Below, piece by piece: positions 1 through 11,339 of a stretch of DNA of 38,438 nt. A program made the position numbers and the translations under genes. The notes beneath the pieces are model-generated. The model was not told the DNA's origin, made no database searches, and saw only the letters and a program-made list of their open reading frames with translations. Source of the DNA: an uncultured bacterium (GTDB lineage Bacteria; Latescibacterota; UBA2968; UBA8231). Positions within the stretch are counted from its first letter, which is position 1. Each line of letters starts with the position of its first letter. Location of the stretch: the NCBI GenBank assembly GCA_964012055.1, contig CAXGRO010000003.1, positions 1 to 38,438 on the forward strand, written 5' to 3'.

Positions 1-38
1 CTAAGCTATATATCTGTTGGGAATATTTCTTATAATTT

Positions 39-114
39 AGGAGTGTAGCTCAATTGGTAGAGCACTGGTCTCCAAAACCAGGGGTTGCAGGTTCAAGTCC
101 TGCCAGGCCTGCCA
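39..114 (+). tRNA. trnW: tRNA-Trp (anticodon CCA at 72-74), CCA end encoded; two acceptor-stem mismatches
   Basis: Cloverleaf: D-stem GCTC/GAGC, anticodon stem CTGGT/ACCAG with loop CTCCAAA, T-arm GCAGG-TTCAAGT-CCTGC, G discriminator plus CCA; usual position upstream of secE. Confidence 0.95.
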
Positions 115-169
115 CTATTCACGTCGGGCAATTGATGTCTGGCTAATTTATAGGGATTTATACCGGGGG

Positions 170-358
170 ATGTGGGAAAAAATAAGCACATTTACAAGTG
201 AAGTGCGCGGCGAATTTTCGCGGGTTTCTTGGCCCACGCGCGAAAACCTTATCAGTTCTACTAAGGTCGTATTGATCTTCTCGGCTGTTTTTGCGATTTT
301 CATCGGCCTGTTTGATCTGATTATATCTTTCATTTTGCGGACGTTCCTCGGCTTGTGA
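170..358 (+). CDS. secE: Preprotein translocase subunit SecE
   Basis: EVRGEFSRVSWPTR motif plus a single TM helix; lies between tRNA-Trp and nusG. Confidence 0.95.
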   Translation: MWEKISTFTSEVRGEFSRVSWPTRENLISSTKVVLIFSAVFAIFIGLFDLIISFILRTFLGL

Positions 359-411
359 TTCCTCGCTGAGCCCACGAGGCATAACACCTACTTAGACTTA
401 GGCCTGGATTT

Positions 412-960
412 ATGGCACAGCAGTGGTATGCGTTGCACACCTATTCTGGTCACGAAAATAAAGTAAAATCCTATCTCGAATCTCTCATTGAATCGGGTTC
501 GGCCGATGGGGCTATAGCTCAAGTTGTGGTTCCCACTGAAGAGGTGGTTGAGATGCGAGGAGGGAAGAAGAAGGTGACGAAGAGGCGCTTTTTGCCCAGC
601 TATGTCCTGGTGGAAATGGAAATGTCAAAAGATGCCTGGCATTTGGTCACCAATATTCCCGGCGTGACAAATTTTGTGGGACCTGCGCGCAAGCCACAGC
701 CGTTGCGTCAGGATGAAATTGATCACATCCTCGGCCATATAGATCGGCGCAACGCTCAGGAAGTTGAAGACGTGCCCTTTGTTGAGGGTGATCAGGTAAA
801 AGTCAATGATGGCGCTTTTAAAGATTTTGTGGGTACGGTTCAGGAGGTCATGCCCGAGAAGCGCCGTTTGAAAATTATGGTGAGCATTTTTGGACGCGGT
901 ACCACTGTAGAATTGGATGTCCTGCAGGTGGAGCCGGCCGAAGAGGCTAGAAATAATTGA
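412..960 (+). CDS. nusG: Transcription termination/antitermination factor NusG
   Basis: WYALHTYSGHENKV NGN start, PGVTNFVG, C-terminal KOW with VSIFGR. Confidence 0.98.
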   Translation: MAQQWYALHTYSGHENKVKSYLESLIESGSADGAIAQVVVPTEEVVEMRGGKKKVTKRRFLPSYVLVEMEMSKDAWHLVTNIPGVTNFVGPARKPQPLRQDEIDHILGHIDRRNAQEVEDVPFVEGDQVKVNDGAFKDFVGTVQEVMPEKRRLKIMVSIFGRGTTVELDVLQVEPAEEARNN

Positions 961-979
961 GGATTGAGATTGGGATATT

Positions 980-1405
980 ATGGCCAAGAAAATTTTGTCA
1001 ACTATCAAATTGCAGATACCGGCCGGGCAAGCCAATCCCTCGCCACCGGTGGGGCCGGCTTTGGGGCAGCACGGCGTCAATATAATGGAGTTCTGCAAAG
1101 CATTTAACGCGCTAACCCAAGATAAGCAGGGACTGATTATTCCCGCTGTAATAACAGTCTATGCAGATCGCAGTTTTACATTCATCACCAAGACGCCCCC
1201 GGCCGCTGTCTTGCTAAAGCGCGCCGCTAAAATAGAAAAAGGATCCGGAGAACCCAATCGCGAAAAGGTGGGGCGGGTCAACCGAGCTCAACTCCAAGAA
1301 ATTGCGGAACTTAAACGTGTCGATTTAAATGCCGCTTCCATTGATGCGGCTATTTCTATGATTGCGGGCACGGCGCGCAGTATGGGGCTCACCGTAGAAG
1401 GTTAG
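980..1405 (+). CDS. rplK: 50S ribosomal protein L11
   Basis: [29 protein letters not shown]. Confidence 0.99.
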   Translation: MAKKILSTIKLQIPAGQANPSPPVGPALGQHGVNIMEFCKAFNALTQDKQGLIIPAVITVYADRSFTFITKTPPAAVLLKRAAKIEKGSGEPNREKVGRVNRAQLQEIAELKRVDLNAASIDAAISMIAGTARSMGLTVEG

Positions 1406-1417
1406 GAGTAAATAACA

Positions 1418-2116
1418 ATGGCCAGATCAAAAAAATACAGACAGTCGGTAGAGGGATATGACCGCAGTGAAATCTATCCTTTAGAAGACGCCATCAAATG
1501 CCTCAAATCGTTTCCCGTGAGAAACTTTAACGAAACCGTCGAACTATCCATGAACTTGGGCATTGACGGTCGCCAGGCCGATCAAATATTGCGGGGTACG
1601 GTAATGTTGCCGCACGGTACGGGCCAGGAGATACGCGTATTGGTGATCACACAGGGGGAATTGGCCGAAGCCGCCCAAGAAGCCGGTGCCGATCGAGTTG
1701 GCGGCGCCGATGTTGTTGAAGAAATTCAAAAAGGCTGGCTAGATTTTGATTTGGTCATTGCCTCGCCGGATATGATGGGACAGGTAGGTAAGTTGGGGCG
1801 CGTATTGGGGCCTCGGGGTTTGATGCCCAACCCCAAGACCGGTACTGTCACTCAGGATATTGCGCAAGCCGTTACAGATGCCAAGGCCGGCCGCGTCGAA
1901 TATCGTGCCGATAGTAAGTCCGGCAACAACGCTCAGGCTCCTATTGGCAAATTGTCTTTCGATGAGTCGGCCTTAGTCGACAATGCCAGGGCTTTTAATG
2001 AAGCTATTATGCGCGCTAAACCCGCCTCCTCCAAAGGTCAATTTGTGCGCAAGATGATTGTTTCGTCGACAATGGGGCCCGGCATACGCATCGATCCGGC
2101 CCAGGTTGCCGTATAG
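1418..2116 (+). CDS. rplA: 50S ribosomal protein L1
   Basis: [20 protein letters not shown] and SSTMGPG motifs. Confidence 0.99.
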   Translation: MARSKKYRQSVEGYDRSEIYPLEDAIKCLKSFPVRNFNETVELSMNLGIDGRQADQILRGTVMLPHGTGQEIRVLVITQGELAEAAQEAGADRVGGADVVEEIQKGWLDFDLVIASPDMMGQVGKLGRVLGPRGLMPNPKTGTVTQDIAQAVTDAKAGRVEYRADSKSGNNAQAPIGKLSFDESALVDNARAFNEAIMRAKPASSKGQFVRKMIVSSTMGPGIRIDPAQVAV

Positions 2117-2145
2117 CAGATAAGCGATAGACTTAGGAGAGGGTA

Positions 2146-2697
2146 ATGCCCACCGCAGAAAAAATAGAAACCGTAGAACAGCTTACCGAATTGTTGAGCG
2201 GCTCCAAGGCGGTCTATCTCGCCGATTTTACCGGTATAGATGTAGCTTCGGTAACCGAGTTGCGCAATCAATTGCGCGAGGCGGAAATCGGCTATCAGGT
2301 CGTCAAAAATCGCCTTGCCAGACGGGCCGCAGAAGCTGCAGGTTTAAACGACTTCGTCGAATTTTTTACAGGTCAAACGGCTATTGCCTACAGCCAGGAA
2401 GATCCTTTGGCACCGGCTAAGATCTTGCAAAAATTTATCGATGATGGCGGCAAATTAGCCATTAAGAGTGGCTATATGGACGGTCAGGTAATGGCTCCAG
2501 AACAGGTTAAGGCTCTGGCCGCTCTACCGGGACGAGAGGAACTAATTGCCAAAGTGTTGGGCAGTGTCCAGAGCCCACTCTACGGTTTTGCCGGTGTTTT
2601 AAACGGCTTGTTGCGCAATTTAGTTGGCGTTATTGGGGCTATTGAGGAACAGCAGAGAGAAGGTGGGGTCGGGGGGGGCGAGGAGAATGCTGAATAG
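2146..2697 (+). CDS. rplJ: 50S ribosomal protein L10
   Basis: VVKNRLA and LAALPGREELIA motifs; synteny; SD AGGAG upstream. Confidence 0.97.
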   Translation: MPTAEKIETVEQLTELLSGSKAVYLADFTGIDVASVTELRNQLREAEIGYQVVKNRLARRAAEAAGLNDFVEFFTGQTAIAYSQEDPLAPAKILQKFIDDGGKLAIKSGYMDGQVMAPEQVKALAALPGREELIAKVLGSVQSPLYGFAGVLNGLLRNLVGVIGAIEEQQREGGVGGGEENAE

Positions 2698-2765
2698 GCC
2701 CAAAGCGGATAAAATGCAAGAATAACTGAAAACTCAAATTATCTCACTACGGAGGTTGTAGAGCA

Positions 2766-3164
2766 ATGAGCGAAGAAACTAGCCCTAAGGTAAACGAAAT
2801 CATCGAGACCATCGGTGGCCTAACCGTCCTAGAATTGGCCGAATTGGTAAAAGCCTTGGAAGACAAGTTTGGCGTTTCTGCTGCTGCTCCTGTTATGATG
2901 GCTGGTGCAGCAGCCGGCGGCGGCGAGGCTGAAAGCGATGCTGCTGAAGAGCAGACCGAATTTGATGTCATTATAACCTCTGCTGGCGACAAGAAGATTC
3001 AGGTAATCAAGGTCGTGCGCGAAATTACCAGTTTAGGTCTCAAAGAGGCGAAAGCCCTGGTCGATGAAGCGCCCAAGGCAGTAAAAGAAGCAGTTTCCAA
3101 ACAAGAGGCTGAAGAAATTCAAGGGCGTTTGGCCGAAGCAGGCGCCACTGTGGAAATTAAGTAA
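2766..3164 (+). CDS. rplL: 50S ribosomal protein L7/L12
   Basis: [42 protein letters not shown]. Confidence 0.99.
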   Translation: MSEETSPKVNEIIETIGGLTVLELAELVKALEDKFGVSAAAPVMMAGAAAGGGEAESDAAEEQTEFDVIITSAGDKKIQVIKVVREITSLGLKEAKALVDEAPKAVKEAVSKQEAEEIQGRLAEAGATVEIK

Positions 3165-3235
3165 GGGGCTAACTGTCCGGACGCATGTGTTTGTAGCTGT
3201 CTTTAACGCCCTGCGTTGCTCAGTGGATTACCTTG

Positions 3236-3285
3236 AAAGCTCATGGAAAGCGTTTCGCGTTTACGAGAAGCGCCCATGAGCTTTT
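3236..3285 (+). terminator. Long hairpin ending in a short U-tract between rplL and rpoB (putative attenuator/terminator)
   Basis: AAAGCTCATGG (3236-3246) pairs with CCATGAGCTTT (3274-3284), with an imperfect inner stem; an attenuator lies in this interval in E. coli. Confidence 0.55.
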
Positions 3286-3315
3286 GCCTTGAACCCACAA
3301 AAAGGAGTTAGGCCC

Positions 3316-6300
3316 TTGAAGGGGAACGGAACTGTTGCACAAAACGTTACTATCGCAAGGAGATCCTTCGGCAAGATCTCTGAAATCGTCGAAATGCCGA
3401 ATTTACTCTCTGTCCAAATAGATTCCTACCGCTCCTTCCTACAACTTGAAACTCCTCCGTCGCTGCGGCAGAGGAAGGGGTTGCACCTTGTTTTCGAGAG
3501 TATTTTTCCAGTGAGCGACACGCATGGAATCTATACTCTAGACTACTCCGATTATTCAATCGGCAATCCGCGTTACAACGTCGATGAATGCAGAGAACGC
3601 GGCATGACTTTCGCCGCGCCGTTACGCGCTACCTTGCGCTTGGTGGCGCGCGATAAAGAAAGCCCAGATAAGCCCGTAAAGGATGTCGTTGAGCAGTCGG
3701 TCTTTTTGGGTGAATTACCGTTGATGACCGAGCAGGGAACTTTCATCGTCAATGGCGCCGAACGCGTGGTCGTCAGTCAGTTACACCGCTCACCAGGCGT
3801 ATTTTTCGACGAAACGCTGCATCCCAACGGCAAAGAACTCTATTCTGCGCGCATTCTGCCCAATAAGGGGCCGTGGCTCGAATTTAGCATGGACATCAAC
3901 GACATTATGTACGTCCATATAGACCGGCGGCGCAAATTGCCCGTTACGCTCTTGTTGCGAGCGTTGGGCTTTTCCAAAGGTGGAGAAATTCTCAGCCTCT
4001 TTAGAGGCGATGTGGAAGAAGCCGTTAGCGAGGAACTGGTGGACCGCACATACGGCGGCGAAGATGTGGCCGATGCAGAGACCGGTGAGGTAGTGTTAGA
4101 AACCTACGAGACCATTACTGCGGCGCATATCGAAGGTCTAAAAAAGGCCAAAATTAAAAAAATAACTGTGCTCGAAGGGCCGGGCGAAAACGATCCAGGG
4201 GTGATGGAGAATACGCTGAAGAAAGATCCCAGCGAGGACGAAGAGGATGCCCTCACGCGTATTTACAACCTCCTGCGCCCCGGAGATCCCCCCAATATCG
4301 AAACGGCGCGCGGTTTGCTTGATCGCCTATTCTTTAATGCCAAGCGATACAACCTAGGAGATGTGGGGCGCTATCGCATCAATCGCCGTCTTGAACTTGA
4401 TATTCCTCTCGAGAGCACGATTTTGCATCTTGAGGATTTTACTTCCATCATTCGCTATTTATTGCAATTGCGCGTTGGGCAGGGGTACACAGATGATATC
4501 GATCATTTAGGCAATCGCCGGGTGCGTTTGGTGGGCGAACTGCTCGCCAATCAGTTCAGTATTGGCCTGACGCGCATGGCCCGCACCATTCGCGAGCGCA
4601 TGGGGTTGCGCGACGAAGATCAAATCACGCCACACGACTTGGTCAATGCACGCACCGTTTCTACTGTTGTACAGGCATTTTTTGGCAGCAGTCAGCTTTC
4701 GCAATTCATGCAACAGACCAACCCGCTCGATGAACTCACCCACAAACGCCGCTTGAGCGCATTGGGGCCGGGTGGTTTGAGCCGAGACCGGGCAGGTTTT
4801 GAAGTGCGCGATGTGCATTATACGCACTACGGCCGAATTTGTCCGATTGAGACGCCCGAAGGACCCAATATTGGGCTAATATCCTCGCTCAGTACCTATG
4901 CCAGGGTCAATGCATTTGGTTTTCTCGAAACGCCTTACCGCAAGGTTGTAGATGGCCGCGTAACTGCCGATATCGAATACCTCACTGCTGGCGATGAGGA
5001 CAGGTACACCATCGCCCAAGCCAATGCGCCCATAGATGATCAGGGCAAATTTCTTCATAATTTGGTCAAGGCACGCCAGCGCGATGATTATCCGATGGTG
5101 GCGCCGGACGAAATTCAATATATGGATGTTTCGCCCAAGCAATTGGTTAGCGCGGCGGCCGCCCTGATTCCATTCTTGGAGCACGATGACGCCAATCGGG
5201 CCTTGATGGGGTCCAATATGCAACGCCAGGCCGTCCCGCTGCTTTTTCCGGCAGCTCCTCTGGTGGGGACAGGCATGGAAAGCAAGGTCGCCAGCGATTC
5301 AGGTGCTTTGGTGTTGGCACGCAATCCGGGCGAGGTGATCAGTATTGAGGCGGACCGCATTGTAGTGCGCCGCGATAAGAAACACAGTACTCCCTTGTCC
5401 CCTCTCGACACAGCCGAAGAAGATGAATACAAATTAGTCAAGTTTAGTCGTTCCAACCAAGATTGCTGTATTAACCAGCGTCCTTTGGTAAAGGCGGGCG
5501 ACAAAGTAACCAAAGGCCAAGTGTTAGCAGATGGTCCGGCCACCGAGCGGGGCGACCTGGCGTTGGGCATGAACGTCAGGGTTGCTTTCATGCCGTGGAA
5601 TGGTTACAACTTTGAGGATGCTATAGTTATTAGCGAAGGTTTACTCAAGCGCGACGTTTTTACTTCGGTTCACATTGAGGAATTCGAGTTACAGGTGCGC
5701 GACACCAAGCGTGGTCAGGAAGAGATTACGCGCGAAATTCCAAATGTCAGTGAGACTGCCGTGCGCAACCTAGATGATGAGGGCATTGTCCGCATTGGTG
5801 CCGAGGTGGGGCCCGGCGATATCCTGGTCGGCAAAGTAACGCCAAAGGGTGAGACCGAACTCTCGCCCGAAGAACGCTTATTGCGCGCCATTTTCGGCGA
5901 AAAGGCAGGCGATGTGCGCGATGCTTCTCTCAAAGCGCCACCCGGGATGGAAGGGGTGGTCATTGGTCGCAAGATTTTTTCCCGCAAAGAGCGCAGCGAA
6001 TCTTCCCGTAAAAAGGAAAAAAGTGAGCTCGCGACCTTGCAAAAGGAAGCAGAGGAAAAGGTCGAGGAATTGCGGCAGGAACGCAATCGTCAGTTGGTTG
6101 CTTTGCTCGGAGACATAAAAATAGGGCGCTTACGCAGCAAAGAAGACGACAGCGTTATGGTGCGCGAAGGTACCCAAGTGACAGATCGTTTGCTGGAGCG
6201 CGTTGATATCGCCTCGGTTGCACCGGAAGATAAGTGGACGGAGGACGAAAAGATTAACGGTCGGATTGAGGAATTGTTGCACTATGCCGAAGAACAAATC

Positions 6301-7119
6301 CAACTGACCGAAGAGCAGGCCGAGCGCCAGGCCGAACGCCTGATGCGCGGCGACGAATTGCCCCCTGGTATTGTTCAATTAGTGAAGGTCTATGTTGCGA
6401 AGAAACGCAAATTGGCAGTAGGGGACAAAATGGCCGGGCGGCACGGCAATAAAGGGGTTGTCGCCGCCATTGTTCCCGAAGAGGATATGCCCTATAACGA
6501 AGATGGAGAGCCCGTTGAGATCGTACTAAATCCTTTGGGCGTGCCTTCGCGCATGAATTTAGGGCAAATTTTCGAAACTCACTTGGGAATGGCCGCCGAC
6601 GCGTTAGGATTACATGTGGCCACGCCCGTTTTCGACGGCGCTGCTCTCGAAGAGGTCAAGACACTACTCGAAGAGGGGGGGGTAGAGACCGATGGTAAGA
6701 CCGTGCTCTACGACGGTCGCAGCGGGGAAAAACTCGAGAAACGCGTGACTGTGGGGTACATATATATGTTGAAACTTTCCCACTTGGTTTCCGACAAGAT
6801 CCACGCCCGTTCCATTGGTCCCTACTCGCTGGTTACCCAGCAACCCTTGGGCGGCAAGGCCCAATTTGGTGGTCAGCGTTTTGGCGAAATGGAAGTGTGG
6901 GCCCTAGAAGCTTATGGGTCTGCATATACCCTGCAGGAAATGCTCACGGTTAAATCAGACGATGTAGCGGGGCGTTCCCGGGTATACGAAGCCATCGTTA
7001 AGGGCGAAAACCCACCCGACCCGGGGGTGCCCGAATCTTTCAATGTATTGGTCAAAGAATTGCAGAGTCTCTGCCTGGATATCATTCTCGAAAAAGGCAC
7101 AGTAACAGAGAGTTATTGA
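3316..7119 (+). CDS. rpoB: DNA-directed RNA polymerase subunit beta
   Basis: [12 protein letters not shown] and [17 protein letters not shown]; start placed at TTG 3316, 8 nt after SD AAGGAG (ORF track start is 3289). Confidence 0.99.
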   Translation: MKGNGTVAQNVTIARRSFGKISEIVEMPNLLSVQIDSYRSFLQLETPPSLRQRKGLHLVFESIFPVSDTHGIYTLDYSDYSIGNPRYNVDECRERGMTFAAPLRATLRLVARDKESPDKPVKDVVEQSVFLGELPLMTEQGTFIVNGAERVVVSQLHRSPGVFFDETLHPNGKELYSARILPNKGPWLEFSMDINDIMYVHIDRRRKLPVTLLLRALGFSKGGEILSLFRGDVEEAVSEELVDRTYGGEDVADAETGEVVLETYETITAAHIEGLKKAKIKKITVLEGPGENDPGVMENTLKKDPSEDEEDALTRIYNLLRPGDPPNIETARGLLDRLFFNAKRYNLGDVGRYRINRRLELDIPLESTILHLEDFTSIIRYLLQLRVGQGYTDDIDHLGNRRVRLVGELLANQFSIGLTRMARTIRERMGLRDEDQITPHDLVNARTVSTVVQAFFGSSQLSQFMQQTNPLDELTHKRRLSALGPGGLSRDRAGFEVRDVHYTHYGRICPIETPEGPNIGLISSLSTYARVNAFGFLETPYRKVVDGRVTADIEYLTAGDEDRYTIAQANAPIDDQGKFLHNLVKARQRDDYPMVAPDEIQYMDVSPKQLVSAAAALIPFLEHDDANRALMGSNMQRQAVPLLFPAAPLVGTGMESKVASDSGALVLARNPGEVISIEADRIVVRRDKKHSTPLSPLDTAEEDEYKLVKFSRSNQDCCINQRPLVKAGDKVTKGQVLADGPATERGDLALGMNVRVAFMPWNGYNFEDAIVISEGLLKRDVFTSVHIEEFELQVRDTKRGQEEITREIPNVSETAVRNLDDEGIVRIGAEVGPGDILVGKVTPKGETELSPEERLLRAIFGEKAGDVRDASLKAPPGMEGVVIGRKIFSRKERSESSRKKEKSELATLQKEAEEKVEELRQERNRQLVALLGDIKIGRLRSKEDDSVMVREGTQVTDRLLERVDIASVAPEDKWTEDEKINGRIEELLHYAEEQIQLTEEQAERQAERLMRGDELPPGIVQLVKVYVAKKRKLAVGDKMAGRHGNKGVVAAIVPEEDMPYNEDGEPVEIVLNPLGVPSRMNLGQIFETHLGMAADALGLHVATPVFDGAALEEVKTLLEEGGVETDGKTVLYDGRSGEKLEKRVTVGYIYMLKLSHLVSDKIHARSIGPYSLVTQQPLGGKAQFGGQRFGEMEVWALEAYGSAYTLQEMLTVKSDDVAGRSRVYEAIVKGENPPDPGVPESFNVLVKELQSLCLDIILEKGTVTESY

Positions 7120-7160
7120 GTAGCCATTAGCCTCAGGGCTCAAGCAAAAGGGGTGTTGCA

Positions 7161-10100
7161 GTGCTAAATACTATGGACGCTTCAAAAAAACCGACGGATT
7201 TCGACTCAATTCGCATCCAACTCGCCTCGCCCGATACCATCCGCACTTGGTCTCACGGCGAAGTGACCAAACCCGAGACGATTAACTATCGCTCCTTCAA
7301 GCCCGAGCGCGATGGTTTGTTCTGCGAGCGCACCTTTGGTCCGGTTAAGGACTGGACCTGCCATTGCGGCAAATACAAGGGCATTCGCTATCGCGGCGTA
7401 GTGTGCGATCGCTGCGGTGTAGAAGTGACCCAGGCCAAGGTGCGCCGCGAGCGTTTGGGCCATATCGAACTTGCCGTGCCGGTTTCACACATCTGGTACT
7501 TCAAGTCCCTGCCTTCCCGCATTGGGGCTTTGCTCGATGTATCCATGCGCAATCTGGAACGCATACTCTATTACGAGTCCTACATCGTTATAGATCCCAA
7601 AGAGGCTCCGGTAGAGCCCTACTCTCTGCTTACCGAAGACGAATACATCGAATTATTGGAGCAGGGAGTGGAGCCTGAGGTCGGCATGGGGGCGCCGGCG
7701 GTTCAGCGGCTTTTAGCTGCGATTGATATAGAAGAACTCTCAGCCGAATTGCGCACCCAGGTGCGTATCGAAACCTCTATTCAACGCAAACAGGAGGCTC
7801 TCAAACGGCTCAAAGTTGTCGAAGCATTTAGGCAATCGGGCAACCGTCCGGAGTGGATGATTTTGGAAAATATTCCAGTCATTCCGCCCGACTTGCGTCC
7901 TTTGGTACCGTTGGAGGGTGGCAGGTTTGCCACTTCCGACCTCAACGATCTATATCGTCGCGTCATTAACCGCAATAATCGTCTCAAAAAGCTAATTAGT
8001 ATCAAAGCGCCCGAAGTTATTTTGCGCAACGAAAAACGCATGTTGCAGGAGGCCGTAGATGCACTTTTCGATAACGGTCGCCGCTCGCGCGCTGTGCGCG
8101 GCGACGGCAATCGCTCACTCAAATCGCTCAGCGATTTATTAAAGGGCAAACAGGGAAGGTTTCGCCAGAATTTGTTGGGCAAACGCGTCGATTATTCGGG
8201 GCGCTCGGTGATTGTCGTGGGGCCAGAACTGCGCCTGCATCAGTGTGGTTTGCCAAAGAGTATGGCACTTGAGCTTTTTAAACCCTTTGTAATAAAAAAA
8301 CTCGAAGAGAAGGGTTTGGTGCAAACTGTCAAGAGTGCCAAGAAACTGGTCGAACGCGAAAGGCCCGAGGTTTGGGATATCCTCGAAGAGATCATCCAGG
8401 ATCACTGCGTCATGCTCAACCGTGCCCCAACGCTGCATCGCTTGGGCATTCAGGCTTTCCAACCTATCCTAGTAGAGGGCAAGGCCATTCGTCTACATCC
8501 TCTGGTTTGCGCTGCCTTTAATGCCGATTTCGACGGCGATCAGATGGCTGTTCATGTACCGCTGTCCTTTGAGGCACAAATCGAGGCGCGCCTACTCATG
8601 TTGGCTTCTAATAACATTCTCAAGCCAGCTAATGGTGAGCCCGTTCTTATGGAGAACCCCCAGGATATCGTACTGGGGTGTTATTTCCTTACCAAGGTTA
8701 ATTTCAACCAGGCCGATAAAGTTGAACGGAGTTTCGCCAATGCCAACGAAGCGCTAATGGCCTATGAATCGGGGCATATTACGTTGCATCAGCCGGTCAA
8801 AGTGCGCATAGATGGCGAGATATATGAAACTACGGCGGGCCGTTTGATTTTTAATGAAGTCCTGCCGCCCGGTATCGATTTTGTTAACCAGGGAATCGAT
8901 CGCGGCGATATCCGGCGCATCACCGCCGAAGTGCACCGCTTGTTAGGCAATCGCCGCACAGCAGAATTTGTCGATCAACTCAAGAAAGTAGGGTACCACT
9001 ACGCTACTGTAGCAGGTGTTTCGATCGCCGTCGATGACGTTGTAGTGCCCAAGGAGAAGGAGGAGATCATAGACGAGGCCCTCACCGAGGTCGACAAGGT
9101 ACGCAACCAGTACGCCAATGGCATTATTACAGACGGTGAGCGCTACAATAAAGTCATCGATATATGGACGCACGCCACTGCGGCGGTATCGCGCGCGGTG
9201 CAAACGGCTCTGGAGAAGTCCGAAGAGGGTTTCAATTCCATTTATATGATGAAAGACTCCAATGCCCGCGGTAGCGAAGACCAGATCAAACAGTTGGGCG
9301 GCATGCGCGGGTTGATGAACAAACCGCAAAAAAAGCTCACCGGTGCTATTGGCGAAATTATCGAGACGCCGATCATTGCCTCTTTCAAAGAAGGTTTGTC
9401 CGTGCTCGAATACTTTATTTCGACACACGGGGCGCGTAAGGGGCTTGCCGACACGGCCCTAAAGACGGCTGAGGCGGGTTATTTGACCCGGCGCATGGTC
9501 GATGTAGCCCAGGACGTGGTTATCACCGAAGATGATTGCAATACGGCTCAGGGCATCTGGATTGGCGCCCTCAAAGATGGCGAGGAAGTAATCGAACCGC
9601 TCACCGACCGCATTGTTGGGCGTGTCCTAGTTGATGACGCAATTGACGCCGATGGCAATGTTGTGGTTGAAGCCGATACGTTGATCGAAGAAGCCGATGC
9701 CGAGCGCATAGCTCAGGCTGGTCTCGAAGATGTGCGCATTCGTTCGGTGCTCACCTGCGAAACAGAGCGCGGCGTATGTGTCAAATGTTACGGTCGCAAT
9801 TTGGCAACCGGTAAACCGGTAAATATCGGCGAGGCCACCGGCGTTATTGCGGCCCAGAGCATTGGCGAGCCAGGAACTCAATTGACTCTGCGCACTTTCC
9901 ACATTGGCGGCACCGCCAGCCGCATCGCCGAACAGTCGCAAATTTTAGCCCGGCGCGAAGGGCGCATCAACTTTGTTAATATAACTACAGTTGACAATCC
10001 CGATTTGGGATCGACCGTCATTGGTCGCAACGGCAGAATTGAGTTGCTAGATGAACAAAATCGGGCGCGCAGTGGATTCGACGTGCCTTACGGCGCTATA

Positions 10101-11252
10101 CTGCGTGTGGAAGACGGCCAACAGGTGGAAGATTCCAACGTTCTCTTCGAATGGGATCCCTACAACAATGTCATCATTTCAGATCGCTCCGGCACTGTCG
10201 CCTTTACCGATATCATCGAAGGGGTGACCATGCGCGAGGAGTTTGACGAGGCAACCGGTATGTCGGCCCGGGGTATCGTCGAGCAGCGCGACCGCAGCCT
10301 GAGTCCGCAAATCGAAATCATCGGCAAGGACAAGGCGACTCGTTCTTATATCATTCCGGTGGGGGCGCGGCTTTTGGTCGCCGATGGCGCCGAGATAGAG
10401 CCGGGACAGGTTTTGGTCAAGATCCCGCGCGAGCGCACCAAAACGCGCGACATCACCGGTGGTTTGCCGCGCGTGGCGGAGCTTTTTGAAGCCCGGCGTC
10501 CCAAAGAGCCGGCGGTAATATCCGAGATTGATGGCGTTGTGCGCTTGGGGGGGTTAGTGCGCGGCAATCGCGAGTTGATCGTTACTTCTGAAGACGAGGA
10601 AGAACGCAAATACTTGGTGCCTTATGGCAAACACCTGCGGGTCCAGGAAGGCGATCACGTTGTCGCTGGCGAGCGACTTTCCGAAGGGTCGATCATTCCA
10701 CAGGATATTTTGCGGGTTCAGGGTGTGCACAAGGTGCAGGAATACCTGGTGAATGAAATTCAGGATGTCTACCGTTTGCAAGCTGTGGAAATCAACGACA
10801 AGCATGTAGAAGTCATCGTGCGGCAGATGTTGCAAAAAGTGCGCATCATCGATCCGGGAGATACCAACTTCCTCGAAGGTGAGGAAGTTGATAAAGTCCG
10901 TTTTAATAAAGAGAACGAGAAAGTGCTCTCCGAGGGGGGTGATCCCGCCACCTGCCAGCCGATATTGCTGGGCATCACGCGGGCCTCCTTGCGCACCGAT
11001 AGCTTTATTTCGGCTGCTTCTTTCCAAGAGACCACGCGGGTTTTGACCGAGGCTGCTGTGCAGGGCAAAATTGACCGTTTGCGCGGGCTTAAAGAGAATG
11101 TCATCATCGGCCGCCTCATTCCCGCTGGCACGGGGACAGGGCATTACAACACCGCCACTTTCGACGATTTAGAAGCCGGTAGCAACGGCGAAAATGGCGA
11201 TAATCTGGCGGCGCTTAAAGGTGTAGGTTCCGAGACCGAAACCGTTGTATAA
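7161..11252 (+). CDS. rpoC: DNA-directed RNA polymerase subunit beta'
   Basis: Catalytic NADFDGD, N-terminal zinc finger, TQLTLRTFH trigger loop followed by an SI3-type insertion; GTG start (ATG at 7173 possible). Confidence 0.99.
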   Translation: MLNTMDASKKPTDFDSIRIQLASPDTIRTWSHGEVTKPETINYRSFKPERDGLFCERTFGPVKDWTCHCGKYKGIRYRGVVCDRCGVEVTQAKVRRERLGHIELAVPVSHIWYFKSLPSRIGALLDVSMRNLERILYYESYIVIDPKEAPVEPYSLLTEDEYIELLEQGVEPEVGMGAPAVQRLLAAIDIEELSAELRTQVRIETSIQRKQEALKRLKVVEAFRQSGNRPEWMILENIPVIPPDLRPLVPLEGGRFATSDLNDLYRRVINRNNRLKKLISIKAPEVILRNEKRMLQEAVDALFDNGRRSRAVRGDGNRSLKSLSDLLKGKQGRFRQNLLGKRVDYSGRSVIVVGPELRLHQCGLPKSMALELFKPFVIKKLEEKGLVQTVKSAKKLVERERPEVWDILEEIIQDHCVMLNRAPTLHRLGIQAFQPILVEGKAIRLHPLVCAAFNADFDGDQMAVHVPLSFEAQIEARLLMLASNNILKPANGEPVLMENPQDIVLGCYFLTKVNFNQADKVERSFANANEALMAYESGHITLHQPVKVRIDGEIYETTAGRLIFNEVLPPGIDFVNQGIDRGDIRRITAEVHRLLGNRRTAEFVDQLKKVGYHYATVAGVSIAVDDVVVPKEKEEIIDEALTEVDKVRNQYANGIITDGERYNKVIDIWTHATAAVSRAVQTALEKSEEGFNSIYMMKDSNARGSEDQIKQLGGMRGLMNKPQKKLTGAIGEIIETPIIASFKEGLSVLEYFISTHGARKGLADTALKTAEAGYLTRRMVDVAQDVVITEDDCNTAQGIWIGALKDGEEVIEPLTDRIVGRVLVDDAIDADGNVVVEADTLIEEADAERIAQAGLEDVRIRSVLTCETERGVCVKCYGRNLATGKPVNIGEATGVIAAQSIGEPGTQLTLRTFHIGGTASRIAEQSQILARREGRINFVNITTVDNPDLGSTVIGRNGRIELLDEQNRARSGFDVPYGAILRVEDGQQVEDSNVLFEWDPYNNVIISDRSGTVAFTDIIEGVTMREEFDEATGMSARGIVEQRDRSLSPQIEIIGKDKATRSYIIPVGARLLVADGAEIEPGQVLVKIPRERTKTRDITGGLPRVAELFEARRPKEPAVISEIDGVVRLGGLVRGNRELIVTSEDEEERKYLVPYGKHLRVQEGDHVVAGERLSEGSIIPQDILRVQGVHKVQEYLVNEIQDVYRLQAVEINDKHVEVIVRQMLQKVRIIDPGDTNFLEGEEVDKVRFNKENEKVLSEGGDPATCQPILLGITRASLRTDSFISAASFQETTRVLTEAAVQGKIDRLRGLKENVIIGRLIPAGTGTGHYNTATFDDLEAGSNGENGDNLAALKGVGSETETVV

Positions 11253-11268
11253 AGCTAGCTCTGAGCTA

Positions 11269-11297
11269 TTGACAGTAAAAGGTACTGTCACTACATT
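11269..11297 (+). promoter_or_regulatory. Putative sigma70 promoter of the rpsL (str) operon
   Basis: TTGACA (11269-11274), 17 nt spacer, TACATT (11292-11297); overlapped by the inverted repeat TGACAGTA-N5-TACTGTCA. Confidence 0.7.
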
Positions 11298-11339
11298 ATA
11301 AAGCTATTGTTTACCGCGTTGAAGAGGAGATATTAACCC

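Noticed and set aside
31-36. Perfect TATAAT upstream of tRNA-Trp
   Set aside because: It lies only 2 nt from the mature 5' end, so transcription would start inside the tRNA, and there is no -35 match; AT-rich background explains it
65-81. tRNA-Trp as a UGA-reading variant (genetic-code change)
   Set aside because: The anticodon is CCA with a normal 5-bp stem and G24, and TGA ends several conserved genes at their expected positions (secE, nusG, rpsG, rpsJ, rplE)
2671-2678. G8 run near the rplJ 3' end (also G8 at the window end) as a phase-variation tract
   Set aside because: In frame, encoding Gly or Pro in flexible regions of housekeeping-type genes; no sign of a frameshift
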